Positions 46,093 to 55,701 of a stretch of DNA of 64,000 nucleotides are shown in pieces (position 1 is the first letter of the stretch; every line of letters begins with the position of its first letter). Origin of the DNA: a virus; IMG/VR virus record IMGVR_UViG_2932017207_000003, positions 1,193-65,192 of that record. One strand, written 5' to 3'. Position numbers and translations under genes: made by a program. The notes beneath the pieces are model-generated. The model did not search any database, was not told the origin of the DNA, and saw only the letters and a list, made by a program, of their open reading frames with translations.

Positions 46093-46494
46093 CTACTTCA
46101 CTTCCACATCGGGAAGAATGGTGGATGGCTTGAAGATGACCCGGTAGTGGTCGGTGCTGACGTTGGCGCCTTCGAGCTGCTCGGCAATGTAGGAGACGTT
46201 GTCGCTCAGGCCGAGGTAGTGCTTCTTGTAGCTGTCGCTGCCTGTCTTGCAGGTCACCTTGACCTGCTTGCTGTTGTCGTCGATGGAGCAGCGGCCCTCG
46301 ATGGTGAGCAGGTAGGTGTCGGTGATGCCGTTGAAGAACACGATCCTGCGGTTGATCTCGAACTGATCGGCAGCCTTGGAGAGGTTCTTGGATGCGACAT
46401 CGGCATCGGTGTCTGTCGCGCAGCCTGCAAGTACCAACGCAGCCAATGCCGTTGCGGTGATGGCGATCCTACGGAACTTCGTTGCCTTGCTCAT
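46093..46494 (-). CDS. Conserved phage lipoprotein
   Basis: Lipobox LAGC; ADVASKNLSKAADQFEI.RRIVF.NGITD.YLL.IEGRCS. Confidence 0.8.
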   Translation of the reverse strand: MSKATKFRRIAITATALAALVLAGCATDTDADVASKNLSKAADQFEINRRIVFFNGITDTYLLTIEGRCSIDDNSKQVKVTCKTGSDSYKKHYLGLSDNVSYIAEQLEGANVSTDHYRVIFKPSTILPDVEVK

Positions 46495-46982
46495 GATTGG
46501 TCTCCTGCCATTGCGGGGTTCGTTGGGACTTTCACGTAGCCGAGCTCTCTCGCGATTGCGAGGGCTTCTTCTGCGAGTTCGTACATCTGCCCTGGGCGGA
46601 GTGCGGCCAAAGCTCTTGGTGGCATGGCGCGTTCGAGGAATTCCTCCAATACGTCGATGTCGCTGCGGAGTTGGTGGCGGCAGTTGGGGCAGCAGACGGG
46701 GTTCACTTGTGACCCTCGCTCTTCTGGGCGGTCAGGCTGTCCCGCCAGAACATGCCGACGCAGGCGGCACCCGCGAGCGCACCGAGACCGAACACGCCGA
46801 GGCAACCCACCGCGAGAACCACCATCATGTGCAGAGCCGTCACGACCGGGCTCCTTGCTCGCAGATGTTGCAGGTCATATCGATGTGCTCGCCGTCGAGT
46901 GGGAAGTCACATGGCGTGTTCATGTCGTCGAGGTACACGGACTCCATGTCGCCGCAGTCGCATACGAGCCAGAACTTCGCGC

Positions 46983-47573
46983 TCATGCCGCGACCTGGAG
47001 GATTGCGGTGAGGTTAGGCGGCTCCCACCCCTGAGGCTTCATCACCTTCCCAGCCTTGTTCTTCAACACCCGGCCGCCTGTGCGCTTGTCCATGTTGGAG
47101 CGGTGCACTTCCGCCCACAGTGTCGAGGTGGGGAGGTTGAGGTCGCGGGCGAACTGCATCAGGTTGAAGATGAGGCGATGCAGGGCCACGTCGGTGCCGG
47201 CGAGGTCGCGGGAATCGACCGCCATGACCAGGTTTCGGTGTGCGCTGCCGATCACTGCGAGATGTGTTGCCGCGAGGGAATCCGAGCACCATGTCGGTGT
47301 TTTGGCACCGTCGGTGACGCTGGTGTAGTCCGCGCGCTGGGCGATACCGAGACAGTTGGCGAGGCCAGCGTCGACGTAGATGGAGTCGATGATCGCGTCT
47401 GCGGTTTCCACCATGTCGCGGTCGGTGACGGCGGCGAGTAGTTCGTGGTGTTCCTCGTCGATGAGTGCCATCGCAAGGGTTAGGTCATCGTCCGAGCACC
47501 ATCCGGGCTTCTTCCGCATGGTCACGCCCATGGCGTGGTTGAAGTCGGCGACATCGTTGAACAGGTTGAGCAT
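46983..47573 (-). CDS. MazG-like/PRA-PH NTP pyrophosphohydrolase
   Basis: V..FN.A; IDEEHHEL; ADAIIDSIYV; EVHRSNM.K; GKVMKP.GW.PP. Confidence 0.82.
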   Translation of the reverse strand: MLNLFNDVADFNHAMGVTMRKKPGWCSDDDLTLAMALIDEEHHELLAAVTDRDMVETADAIIDSIYVDAGLANCLGIAQRADYTSVTDGAKTPTWCSDSLAATHLAVIGSAHRNLVMAVDSRDLAGTDVALHRLIFNLMQFARDLNLPTSTLWAEVHRSNMDKRTGGRVLKNKAGKVMKPQGWEPPNLTAILQVAA

Positions 47574-47672
47574 TTCACTCCGTATGTTGTCTGCGATTCG
47601 AGAAGTCCACTGGCAAGGCGGCATTGTCGAACCTGTTTGCCCACACAATGATGTGTTTGGTGTAGGCAACCG

Positions 47673-47701
47673 AGAGTAGTGCAGGCAACACGTTCAGTCA
47701 A
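47673..47701 (-). promoter_or_regulatory. Sigma-A-type promoter
   Basis: TTGACT-17 nt-TACTCT upstream of the NTP-PPase operon. Confidence 0.75.
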
Positions 47702-47711
47702 CGCAACATGG

Positions 47712-47885
47712 TTAGGTTTCCGTAGTGAACAGGACCGCCGTAACAGTTTCGGTGCCGTCCGCGTTTCGGACAGTCGCCTTCGGGGTCCAGCGGTAGCGGA
47801 TCGCGGTTCCGTCTTCCCGAACCTCCACCCCCTCATGCCAACGCCCATCCGCCGGCGTCACCGTCGCGACGTACTCGGCCGTCAC
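47712..47885 (-). CDS. Hypothetical protein (57 aa)
   Basis: Manual ORF; GTG overlaps the stop of the DUF6221-like gene. Confidence 0.5.
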   Translation of the reverse strand: MTAEYVATVTPADGRWHEGVEVREDGTAIRYRWTPKATVRNADGTETVTAVLFTTET

Positions 47886-48346
47886 GCCCACTCCTGCTGG
47901 TAGTCGGGGTGATCTGCGTAGATGGCGGCGAGGTCGCGAAGCTCAGGGCAGTCCTCGATGTGTTCAACATTCGGCGAGTCTGGATCACCACTAGCGCCAC
48001 AGCCACAGCACGGCTGCGACTCCCCGCGCTCGTCACTCACCCACGACCACATGAACCCCCAATAGTCGTCGCCCTCGCGCACTTCGCGGTGCCGTGCGAG
48101 TATCCGCCTCCTGGCCTGGACTTCCCGCAGGACCCGCGCTGGATCATGGCGGGCGATGTGGTCTGCCACCGCAGGACTCGCTGCGCCTTCCACCACAGTT
48201 GCCCGGTTGCATGGGTGGATGCAATCAACGCTGCCCTCGTCCGCGGTCCAAGGCTCACCCTCGAACTCGACACACGCAGACAGCCCGACCTGCTCGTCTT
48301 CGTCGAGTCGGTCGTTGAGGAAGTCGACGATGCTGGGGGTGTTCAT
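47882..48346 (-). CDS. DUF6221-like protein (second copy)
   Basis: FL..RLDED...HIARHDPARVLREV.A.RRIL...LA.IYADHPDY..EW. Confidence 0.75.
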   Translation of the reverse strand: MNTPSIVDFLNDRLDEDEQVGLSACVEFEGEPWTADEGSVDCIHPCNRATVVEGAASPAVADHIARHDPARVLREVQARRRILARHREVREGDDYWGFMWSWVSDERGESQPCCGCGASGDPDSPNVEHIEDCPELRDLAAIYADHPDYQQEWA

Positions 48347-48404
48347 TCTCTCGTCCTGTTCACTATTGCTGAACTGCGTCTGGGATTGAACAGGCTCCCG
48401 CCAG

Positions 48405-48659
48405 TCACCCGTAGTGCCAATGCGATTCATGTCCGCGTGTGCCGCATAGGGAGCATGGCTCGTCCGCCTGCGGGATCTCACTTGTGCTGGCCATTCGGGT
48501 GGTGATGTGGTCGGAGTGCGTAGTCCAGGGCGGGCTGCAGGTTAAGCCGCTGCTACTGGTCCAGCCGTCTGCCCAGTCGAGTGTCAGCGACTCATCGCAG
48601 CCTGGGCAACGGAGCTTGTCTCCGACCTTGGCTCCGGTGACTGTGACGCGAAGGGTCAT
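48405..48659 (-). CDS. Hypothetical protein
   Basis: 84 aa with Cys motifs. Confidence 0.45.
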   Translation of the reverse strand: MTLRVTVTGAKVGDKLRCPGCDESLTLDWADGWTSSSGLTCSPPWTTHSDHITTRMASTSEIPQADEPCSLCGTRGHESHWHYG

Positions 48660-48717
48660 GTTCGTTAGCCTCCGTCAAGGTTGTGGCCTGGTTTGTCGGG
48701 TTTCTAGGCTGTGGGCT

Positions 48718-49362
48718 TTATTCGAGGACGCCGGCGGGTGTTTCGCAGCCGATGGTGAGCGCGAGGTGCTCATAAAACGCAGGTCCCCAGGTGTAGTGGC
48801 AGGCCCCGCAGGTGGCGCCGTACATGTCTGCCTGCAACGCGAATTGGCGAACCTTCTCGCCTGTCGAGTCGGTAACCAGATGGGTTCGGGTTCCGCAGGC
48901 GGGGCAGGGTGCGCGGAGTTCCCATTTGTGGGTGAGGTCGCCGTCGAGCAGGGTGTTCGCGGTGCGGATCCAGCTGATGATGAGGTCGGTGTAGCCGCGC
49001 AACTGATCGACGTCGTCGGGTCCCCACGAGTGATCCAGCAAAGCGTGGAGGCGGTTGACGGTGGCTTTGTTCACGCCGGTCCCGTCAGCCCACCACGCCT
49101 TCACTTCGAGGTCGACGTCGCGGAGCCACTCCGAGCATTCTGTCCACACCGGGGGCACCGAACGCCAACCAGCCGCGCTGTCCTGGTCGCGGATCAACCC
49201 TTGGATGCTGTCCGACATCACCTGATACAGGCTGTCCCCCACCACCGTCCGGAAACCATCACCATCCGTGGCGATCTGGGTTGTCCGCATCCCCACCAGA
49301 TCATGCACAGCATCCTCAAACCGGGAACGCGCCCCAGCGAGAAGCTCACTCGAAGTCGTCAA
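48718..49362 (-). CDS. Conserved actinophage protein with C-terminal Zn ribbon
   Basis: PCPACG...C.AC...W; end-of-early-operon position. Confidence 0.65.
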   Translation of the reverse strand: MTTSSELLAGARSRFEDAVHDLVGMRTTQIATDGDGFRTVVGDSLYQVMSDSIQGLIRDQDSAAGWRSVPPVWTECSEWLRDVDLEVKAWWADGTGVNKATVNRLHALLDHSWGPDDVDQLRGYTDLIISWIRTANTLLDGDLTHKWELRAPCPACGTRTHLVTDSTGEKVRQFALQADMYGATCGACHYTWGPAFYEHLALTIGCETPAGVLE

Positions 49363-49486
49363 AGGGTGCCCCTCTCATCGTCACAATGCCTGCATGGGAT
49401 GGCACGCCCGCAGTCGCAGCGCAGCAAGCCGTTCCGTTCCAGCGTGATCTCTTCCGCCGTGATGTCATCGAAGCCGTTCCAGCCGC

Positions 49487-49918
49487 TCACGCCTGCCCCC
49501 ACTCGTGGCCACACCCACCGCACTGCCGGACCACCGCGAACCGGGACTCGTCGGCCACGAAGTAGGCAAGCACCTTCCGAGTTCGTGGTGTGCGGTCGAT
49601 GCCCGGCGGGAGCATTGACTCGTAGAACCGCGCCAAGATCGGAATGACGCTCAGCGACGGTTCGCCAGTCGGCCCGACCACCCCCAGCGGGATCTCAACT
49701 TCTCTCGGCGGGATGGCTCGTGGCTCGCGCCAGCCGTGGACGGCGAGGTGATCGCACTTCGGGCAGGCGGAGCACGCCTCGAACCGTGGCACGTCACCAC
49801 TGGGTGGGGTGAGTGTCACTCGCCGGCCGTCGACACGCATGTCGTAGTCGGTGCGCACCGGCTCCAGATCGCCCCACTGATGCACCTCCGACACCGATTC
49901 AACCGACAACGCGCTCAT
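49487..49918 (-). CDS. Zn-ribbon hypothetical protein
   Basis: CPKC..LAVH and VRQC..CGHEW. Confidence 0.6.
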   Translation of the reverse strand: MSALSVESVSEVHQWGDLEPVRTDYDMRVDGRRVTLTPPSGDVPRFEACSACPKCDHLAVHGWREPRAIPPREVEIPLGVVGPTGEPSLSVIPILARFYESMLPPGIDRTPRTRKVLAYFVADESRFAVVRQCGGCGHEWGQA

Positions 49919-50049
49919 CGCCGTTCCTTTTCCGCCTCAGCCCATGCCTGGTAGTCGTAGACACCCAACTGGGAGCGGAGGTTCCGGAAGTAGGCGACAC
50001 GCTGCGCCCGAAGACGGATAGCGATCTGACGCTGCAGGTACGTGAACAT
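49915..50049 (-). CDS. Small hypothetical protein (44 aa)
   Basis: Manual ORF coupled on both sides. Confidence 0.4.
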   Translation of the reverse strand: MFTYLQRQIAIRLRAQRVAYFRNLRSQLGVYDYQAWAEAEKERR

Positions 50050-50663
50050 CAGCGGCCACCAGACCGGCGCCGACGAGTCCTGCCCCGCTGATCAGCAAGC
50101 GCCTCGGAGTGCTTCTTTAGCGCTGCCATCGCGGCATCCGGATCCTGGACGGTGACATGCGTGATCTCTGTCGACTCAGCCTTAATCGTCTCGACTTCCA
50201 GCTTCGCCCGCTCCACAGCGAGTCGGGCACGCGCAATCGCCGCGTAACCCTCACCAGGCCTAGTTTTGATTTCGCGCAGCTCTATTCTGGCTACACCAAC
50301 AGCCAGCTCGGCTACTCGAATTCGTCTCTGCCGCAGAGACTCATGCTTGACCTTGAGGTTGCCGACGCTGTCGCGTTCGTCCGCCGGCGGCTGCTCAAGG
50401 TCCAGCGCCTGCAGACGTTCAATGGCATCCGAACCCGCTGCAACAGCGTCGTTGAAAGTGGCGCGAGATCCACCAGTAATCGCCTCTGGTGCGCCGTCGC
50501 CGTACTCGTACACGGTGAAGTCCCATCCACGATCAGGCACTGGGCCGACAATCTCTACCCGATGCGTCGGAGCCGTCTTATCCGGGAAGTAGCGGACCCA
50601 GCCGGCGTCCTGGTCCTGCACCCACGGCGTAGGGAGCTTGGGTACGCGCTTCCGGCCCCACAT
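50049..50663 (-). CDS. Hypothetical protein
   Basis: 204 aa, coupled. Confidence 0.55.
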   Translation of the reverse strand: MWGRKRVPKLPTPWVQDQDAGWVRYFPDKTAPTHRVEIVGPVPDRGWDFTVYEYGDGAPEAITGGSRATFNDAVAAGSDAIERLQALDLEQPPADERDSVGNLKVKHESLRQRRIRVAELAVGVARIELREIKTRPGEGYAAIARARLAVERAKLEVETIKAESTEITHVTVQDPDAAMAALKKHSEALADQRGRTRRRRSGGR

Positions 50664-51127
50664 CAGCGGTCACCTTCCTTCTCGAGCATCTCCGTCAGCC
50701 GTCGAAGCTCGTTCGCGGCGTTCTCACGAGCGCGGGTAAGCCTGAACTGGGAATATTCGACCTCCCGCTCGGCGTCCTTGACTGCCCATTCAGCCGCTTC
50801 CACCGAACTCGGAGCCTTCCCACCAACCGTGACCTGGTATGCGATCGGCTTCTGGATCGTGAACTCGTTCGACGACGGGCCTGGAGCAACCGTGTCACGC
50901 AGGGCGGTCCGGAGGTGTTTGATCTCGGCACGCTGGTTGAGCGCCGTATTCCGCCAGTAGGCGGTCGAGCACCACAAGACGAGAACTACGCCGTACCAGG
51001 TTGTGCCCATAACATCGCCAGTGAACGCGGAGAACCCGAATCCACCTACGAAGAGGCCTGCGATGACGCGGTCGAACCAGTCGAGGTGCCGCCACACGTT
51101 CACGAATGCCGCGCTGACTGACTTCAT
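50663..51127 (-). CDS. Membrane protein
   Basis: Two TM segments followed by a coiled coil. Confidence 0.6.
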   Translation of the reverse strand: MKSVSAAFVNVWRHLDWFDRVIAGLFVGGFGFSAFTGDVMGTTWYGVVLVLWCSTAYWRNTALNQRAEIKHLRTALRDTVAPGPSSNEFTIQKPIAYQVTVGGKAPSSVEAAEWAVKDAEREVEYSQFRLTRARENAANELRRLTEMLEKEGDR

Positions 51128-51375
51128 TTGGGTTCCTTCGTCCAGTACGTGTAGGTGGAGTCGCTTGCTGCGGGCAAGATGAGGCGGATGGCGACAAGGA
51201 GCAGGAACACCTGCCAGTAGCCGGGATGCCACGGGGTTTGCGCGCCCACGATCAACATGACCAGCCACGCGGTGAGAAACAGGACCGCGTTACGGCCGGC
51301 GAGACGACCCAACGCCGTCGCACCCGTCACCTTCGGACGCACCACCGTCACGTCGATAGGACTGCTATTCAACAT
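51124..51375 (-). CDS. Membrane protein
   Basis: Two hydrophobic segments; coupled. Confidence 0.6.
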   Translation of the reverse strand: MLNSSPIDVTVVRPKVTGATALGRLAGRNAVLFLTAWLVMLIVGAQTPWHPGYWQVFLLLVAIRLILPAASDSTYTYWTKEPK

Positions 51376-51675
51376 CGCTCCCCTCAATCCGCGACCTGCA
51401 TCAGCGACCAGATCGTGAAGAACGAGGAGATGAACAGCCAGATCGCCGACACGGGCGAGCCAGTCGCGACCCACAGGTAGCCGTTCAACACCGCGAACAC
51501 CAGGTTCAGCAGCGCGCACCACAGCATGGCCATCGTCCACTCCTCCACATTTGATTACTGAATGCAGTGTAGGTAAACAGCACACAGCAACGCGAGGGGA
51601 TTTCCAGGCACGACAAACACCCCCAACACCGGATGGCGCTGGGGGTGGTCGTTGCCCGTGGCTACGTTGCCGCGA

Positions 51676-52143
51676 TCACACACTTCCCTCGGGCGGCTTG
51701 GTGTCAAAGTTGATGGAGATGGTGATCACAGGACCGCCAGATACCTTGTCGCGGCCTCGCTCAACGAGAAGATCCACATCGCCGAACCCGGCGCAGGCAG
51801 CGTCCTCGGCATCCAGGTCCACAGACCTGAACATCGGACTGCACCAGACAGTGTCGGCGCATGCCTCCCGCGCCTTACGGTGCAGCCCCTCTACGAGTGC
51901 CATAGAGGCAGGGGTGAGGTGCATGCCCGCGAAGCTGTCCAGGCTTCCCAGCATGTCGTCGTCAGCGATAGGAAAGGAAACCGACAGCACTCCCGGAAGC
52001 GGCTCCGGCCCAATAGCTGCTGACTCGATTCGGAGACTGCCCGCGCGTTCCGGGTTGAGCCGGTTGAACGGGTGATTCACCTGCTCGATCACGAGCTTCG
52101 CCGCCGCGGTGGCGATGTCCTCAAGTTCGATGCTGCCAGTCAT
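51676..52143 (-). CDS. Hypothetical protein
   Basis: 155 aa, GGAG RBS. Confidence 0.55.
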   Translation of the reverse strand: MTGSIELEDIATAAAKLVIEQVNHPFNRLNPERAGSLRIESAAIGPEPLPGVLSVSFPIADDDMLGSLDSFAGMHLTPASMALVEGLHRKAREACADTVWCSPMFRSVDLDAEDAACAGFGDVDLLVERGRDKVSGGPVITISINFDTKPPEGSV

Positions 52144-52375
52144 TGGTTCTCCCTGAGAGTTATCGATCGGTCGTGTGATTTGTTCGCGGAGCATTTCCGT
52201 TCCTCGCGGCGGATCATCCACATCATCAACGCGCTCGCCACGAGGAACACAACGAACGACGCGAACGCGCGGCCGACCCACTCGTGGTTCCAGGTGATCA
52301 CCCACGGCACCAACAACCACGGCGTCGCGACGAACGCGGCAGACCGAATGATGGTGACCACCAACGCGAGCGCGG

Positions 52376-52633
52376 TCACTGGGTGCCGCCGAGTTCGTAG
52401 CGCAGCCGGGACCATTCCCGCACCAACTCCGCCGACCGCGTGAACAGCCCGCTCTCGACATCCTTCAGGTAGCTGTCGATGTCCCGCAGGATAACAACCT
52501 GGTCCCGCCCCGGCAGGTCCTTCCACGTGGCCCGCAGCAGCGCGCGGGCGTCACCATTGGCGTAGGTGAGGCGGCCCATGCAGTAGCGGACCGCGTAGAT
52601 CACGGTGTCAGTTGGAACAGTCACCTCATGCAC
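52376..52633 (-). CDS. Hypothetical protein
   Basis: A.RYC.GR.TY pattern. Confidence 0.6.
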   Translation of the reverse strand: MHEVTVPTDTVIYAVRYCMGRLTYANGDARALLRATWKDLPGRDQVVILRDIDSYLKDVESGLFTRSAELVREWSRLRYELGGTQ

Positions 52634-52635
52634 GG

Positions 52636-52863
52636 CTACTCGTCCCCATTCCGCTTCAGCGCGGCAGGCAGGCCAACGTGGATGGGTAGCGTCACGCCGT
52701 CATCGCTGACGAACGTGCCGTCAGGCCGCTTCGTCAGCTCAATCAGATACCCGTACGGATAGACGACCGATCCGGCTGGCAGTGCTTTCAGAGCTTCACG
52801 AGAAGTGATGCGCGGCAATGATGGGTCGGCGTCCCCGAAACGCGGCTCTGAAGTCGTGCTCAT
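52636..52863 (-). CDS. Hypothetical protein
   Basis: 75 aa, coupled to ssb. Confidence 0.55.
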   Translation of the reverse strand: MSTTSEPRFGDADPSLPRITSREALKALPAGSVVYPYGYLIELTKRPDGTFVSDDGVTLPIHVGLPAALKRNGDE

Positions 52864-53309
52864 CAGAACGGCACCCCGTCGTCGTAGCCGCCTTGCGGCG
52901 CAGCGCCCCAGGGGTCTTCGTTGCCGGACTGCTGCCGGCTGCTGGCTGCGCCTCCCCCGCCACCAGCACGTTCCGCCTGGATGGTGGGTGCGATGTCGTT
53001 GATGATGAGTCGGTCGCGGGACTTCTTCTGGCCGGACTGGTCGTCCCAGCGTTCGGTGCGGAGTTTGCCGTTGACGAGGACGGTCATCTTGTCGCGCAGG
53101 ATCTCGGCGGCGGCTTCAGCCTTCGGCCCCCAGTACTGCGCATAGTTTCCCCACCAGGAGTCGCCGTTCTCCCACTCGTTGGTGTCGCGGTTCAGGCGGC
53201 GTTCGTTGAACGCCAACGTGAGTTCGAGGCAAGCCTTGCCGCTCGGGGTGAACTTGAGGTTCGGTTCCCCGACGATGCGTGCGGTGCCGTCGATCTGAGG
53301 CAGTGCCAT
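52863..53309 (-). CDS. ssb: Single-stranded DNA-binding protein
   Basis: G.P.L.FTPSGKA, W.D, VLV.GKLRTERW, Gly-rich tail ending DDGVPF. Confidence 0.92.
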   Translation of the reverse strand: MALPQIDGTARIVGEPNLKFTPSGKACLELTLAFNERRLNRDTNEWENGDSWWGNYAQYWGPKAEAAAEILRDKMTVLVNGKLRTERWDDQSGQKKSRDRLIINDIAPTIQAERAGGGGGAASSRQQSGNEDPWGAAPQGGYDDGVPF

Positions 53310-53328
53310 CAGGTGTTCTCCTTGGTGT

Positions 53329-53580
53329 TTAGGGCGCTTCTTTGAGGTCGTTGAGGGTTTGGATCGTTGCGCAGGGCCAGGGTTGGGAGCATTCGTTGCA
53401 GTAGAGGAAGGTGCGGTCGAATGTGGTGGGCTGCGAGTGGTGGAGGTCGCGGACGACACGCAGAGTGTCGTGGAGGCCGTCGATCCGTTTGACGACTGAC
53501 GCGATGCCCCGGTCTGCTGCCTCTGTGTGACCCATGCCGTGGTGGATGTGGTGTCGGTCGCGCAGGATGTCTTGACTCAC
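53329..53580 (-). CDS. Hypothetical protein
   Basis: C.EC...WPC.T motif. Confidence 0.55.
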   Translation of the reverse strand: MSQDILRDRHHIHHGMGHTEAADRGIASVVKRIDGLHDTLRVVRDLHHSQPTTFDRTFLYCNECSQPWPCATIQTLNDLKEAP

Positions 53581-53981
53581 GATGCCTCCTGGATGGTGAT
53601 GTGTACCCCGGATTGCTCGTCTGGCTCGGCGATGCGCTTGTAGACGTGAAGTTCGATGACCTGGGCGTCGTCGTGGTAGCAGGCGCCGGATAGTGCGTCC
53701 AAAGCGGCTCGGGCGAGCTTGTCGCTGTCCCCGGTGCGCTTGGTGGCGGGTGGAGTCGGCTTCGACTTGGGAAGCGACTTCGGTCTGGGCATGATGAACT
53801 CGAGCCGAAGCGCCACAGGACCTACGAAGAGGTTGCGGCGCTGTTTCATTGCATGCCAATGGATCTGGTTCCGCCACGACCCGACGTGCTTCGACGACTC
53901 CACCATCCGGCCACCACCCACATGGCGCTTACTGCCCTGGGGTGATGGCCGTCCCGGCGTGAAGAACGCAATCTCCCCCAT
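53577..53981 (-). CDS. rusA: RusA-like Holliday junction resolvase
   Basis: PG.P.PQGSKR; D.DKLARA.LDAL.G..Y.DDAQV. Confidence 0.9.
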   Translation of the reverse strand: MGEIAFFTPGRPSPQGSKRHVGGGRMVESSKHVGSWRNQIHWHAMKQRRNLFVGPVALRLEFIMPRPKSLPKSKPTPPATKRTGDSDKLARAALDALSGACYHDDAQVIELHVYKRIAEPDEQSGVHITIQEAS

Positions 53982-54283
53982 CAGCTGGCTCGTGGGCGTC
54001 CGACGCCGGCTTGGGTGACGTGGGGTGGTAGGTGGAGTTGGCCGAACCAGATGCCGTCGGCTGCTGCTTCGCCGCGGCGGGCGACGATGCTGGAGCGTTT
54101 GTCGCGGCATGCGTCGATGACGGGGCAGGTGAAGCAGAGTTGCATTGCTTCGATGTGTCGGCGGTGTCGTTGGCGGTCGGTTTCGCCTTCGATGATGTAG
54201 TCCCAGAGGTGGCCGTGGCGTTTGCGTGCTGCTGCGTCGTGTTCTGGTGAACGGCATACAGCGTGTTCGAGTGGGTCGCTCAA
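53981..54283 (-). CDS. whiB: WhiB-family transcription factor
   Basis: C...A..LC.TCPV...C and GIWFG (G[IV]WGG-like). Confidence 0.8.
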   Translation of the reverse strand: MSDPLEHAVCRSPEHDAAARKRHGHLWDYIIEGETDRQRHRRHIEAMQLCFTCPVIDACRDKRSSIVARRGEAAADGIWFGQLHLPPHVTQAGVGRPRAS

Positions 54284-54309
54284 GGTTTCTCCGGGGGCTT
54301 TTGGGGCGA

Positions 54310-54472
54310 AGTGTGGACTAAATCACGGGCCGCGCGAGCTGTTGCGTCAAGTCCACACTATTGCGTTCACCGACCACCATACCCGCTGGTTAACAGATTG
54401 GGTAGGGTCCACGCAACATTGACGTGTCGAGGCTACTTTCGCCCGATTAACGCCAGGTCGTGTTGCGTCAAC
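54310..54472. promoter_or_regulatory. Intergenic cluster of operator-like motifs upstream of whiB
   Basis: GTTGCGTCAA at 54341 and 54462, ATTGCGTTCAC at 54360, inverse copy at 54410; inverted repeat AGTGTGGACT/AGTCCACACT at 54310/54350. Confidence 0.6.
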
Positions 54473-54478
54473 GCGCGG

Positions 54479-54775
54479 CTAGTCTGCCGGCTCGTGCGTC
54501 TGCGCGAAGACATCAGGCTTGCAGGGATAGAACTCGCCGGCCACGCCACGGATGATCCAGTCTCCAGGGCTGGCGAGCATCGCGCCTTCGAGGGTTTCAA
54601 TCTGAATGAAGTGCGGATCGTCGCCACAGTTGGTGGCCTCTCTGCACCAGTACCGGGCGGCCCTGTCGTTGCGGAGGATCCAGTTGATGATTGGGGTGGC
54701 GCCCAAGGCTGTCCCATCCCACTGCATCGCTTCGATTTCGACGGGCTTCTTGCGGTATCGCTGGGGTGTGGTCAT
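54479..54775 (-). CDS. Conserved phage protein (YRKKPVEIEA.QW...PGDWII...YPCKPD.F family)
   Basis: Motif recognition; paralog at 61891-62187. Confidence 0.75.
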   Translation of the reverse strand: MTTPQRYRKKPVEIEAMQWDGTALGATPIINWILRNDRAARYWCREATNCGDDPHFIQIETLEGAMLASPGDWIIRGVAGEFYPCKPDVFAQTHEPAD

Positions 54776-55017
54776 CGTCTGCTCCTTTGTAGGGCTGGGT
54801 CGTGTCGTCGTGGTGTGGTTCGGGCTGGTTTCTTGTGGCCGACATGCCATTTGCTGCAGTTCGGGCAGTGGTAGGAGTTGACGCTGAGGGTGCGTGGACT
54901 GTTGCGGTTCATCGCGCGGGCCACGTACTCGGCTGCCGACTGCGACTCGTGTTGTCTCTTCCCGAGACAAGAGAAGTACGGGTTGTAGTGCGCCTTCTTG
55001 ATCCGCTTATTCGGCAT
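54772..55017 (-). CDS. Zn-binding hypothetical protein
   Basis: C.GK...S...A...Y.C..C..WH. Confidence 0.55.
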   Translation of the reverse strand: MPNKRIKKAHYNPYFSCLGKRQHESQSAAEYVARAMNRNSPRTLSVNSYHCPNCSKWHVGHKKPARTTPRRHDPALQRSRR

Positions 55018-55147
55018 CAGAGACGCCACACGGACTTGAGGTGCCGGAGCGTGTCTCGCATCCACTCCCGCTGCCGCTGGTTGAGGGCCGCCCGCTTCAG
55101 CTTCATCGCTTCGATCTCCAGCTCGAGCCGGGCGATTTGTTCACGGG

Positions 55148-55701
55148 TCAGCATTCGGCCACCGCCTGGTCGCCGGGAATGATCCGGCCGTCGACCATGG
55201 CGAACGATCCGACGCTGTGGCCCGCTCCGGCGAACGCTTCGGCTTGTTCGCGGGTGAGTGGTGTTGGCTTGGTGCCGAATCCGTAGTAGCGGTCACTCAT
55301 CAGGAACTCGATCAGCCCTTCACGCTCAGCAAACACTGGGCTGATCGGTGACCCTTCGGAGGTTGTCTCCCACACCTGCCAGCCGTCCCCTGCCGGTGGC
55401 TCCGTCGACTCCCATGCTTCCGCCTCCGCGCGTTGGCCGTCGTATGCTTCGACAGAGCCGTGCCCGTCACACGTGGGGCACCATCCCCATCGTTCCGGTA
55501 GGCCAGCAACTCTGAGCAGGCCGTTGGTGATGGCATCTTTGTGGGTGCGAACTGGACGATCGCATCGTCTGAGTGGCGGCGCATCCACTTGATTTCGCCA
55601 ACCTTGAATGGGTTTCCCCACCCACTCGGCCGCCCGACATACACCGCCCCTTCGGGCATCCGCCAGCCACGAGTCCGGCGGCGTTGGATACGTTGCGGCA
55701 T
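55148..55701 (-). pseudogene. Apparent out-of-frame junction of a DUF4326-like 5' fragment and the 3' half of another conserved phage gene
   Basis: MPQRIQRRRTRGWRMPEGAVYVGRPSGWGNPF lacks its normal C-terminus; another frame encodes C.TCDG.G...W...EPP.G.GWQ.WET.SEGSPISPVF. Confidence 0.55.

Noticed and set aside
54300-54475. Defined sigma-A promoter or replication origin upstream of whiB
   Set aside because: No -35/-10 pair at 16-18 bp spacing was found, and no initiator gene is in the window; kept only as an operator-like cluster.
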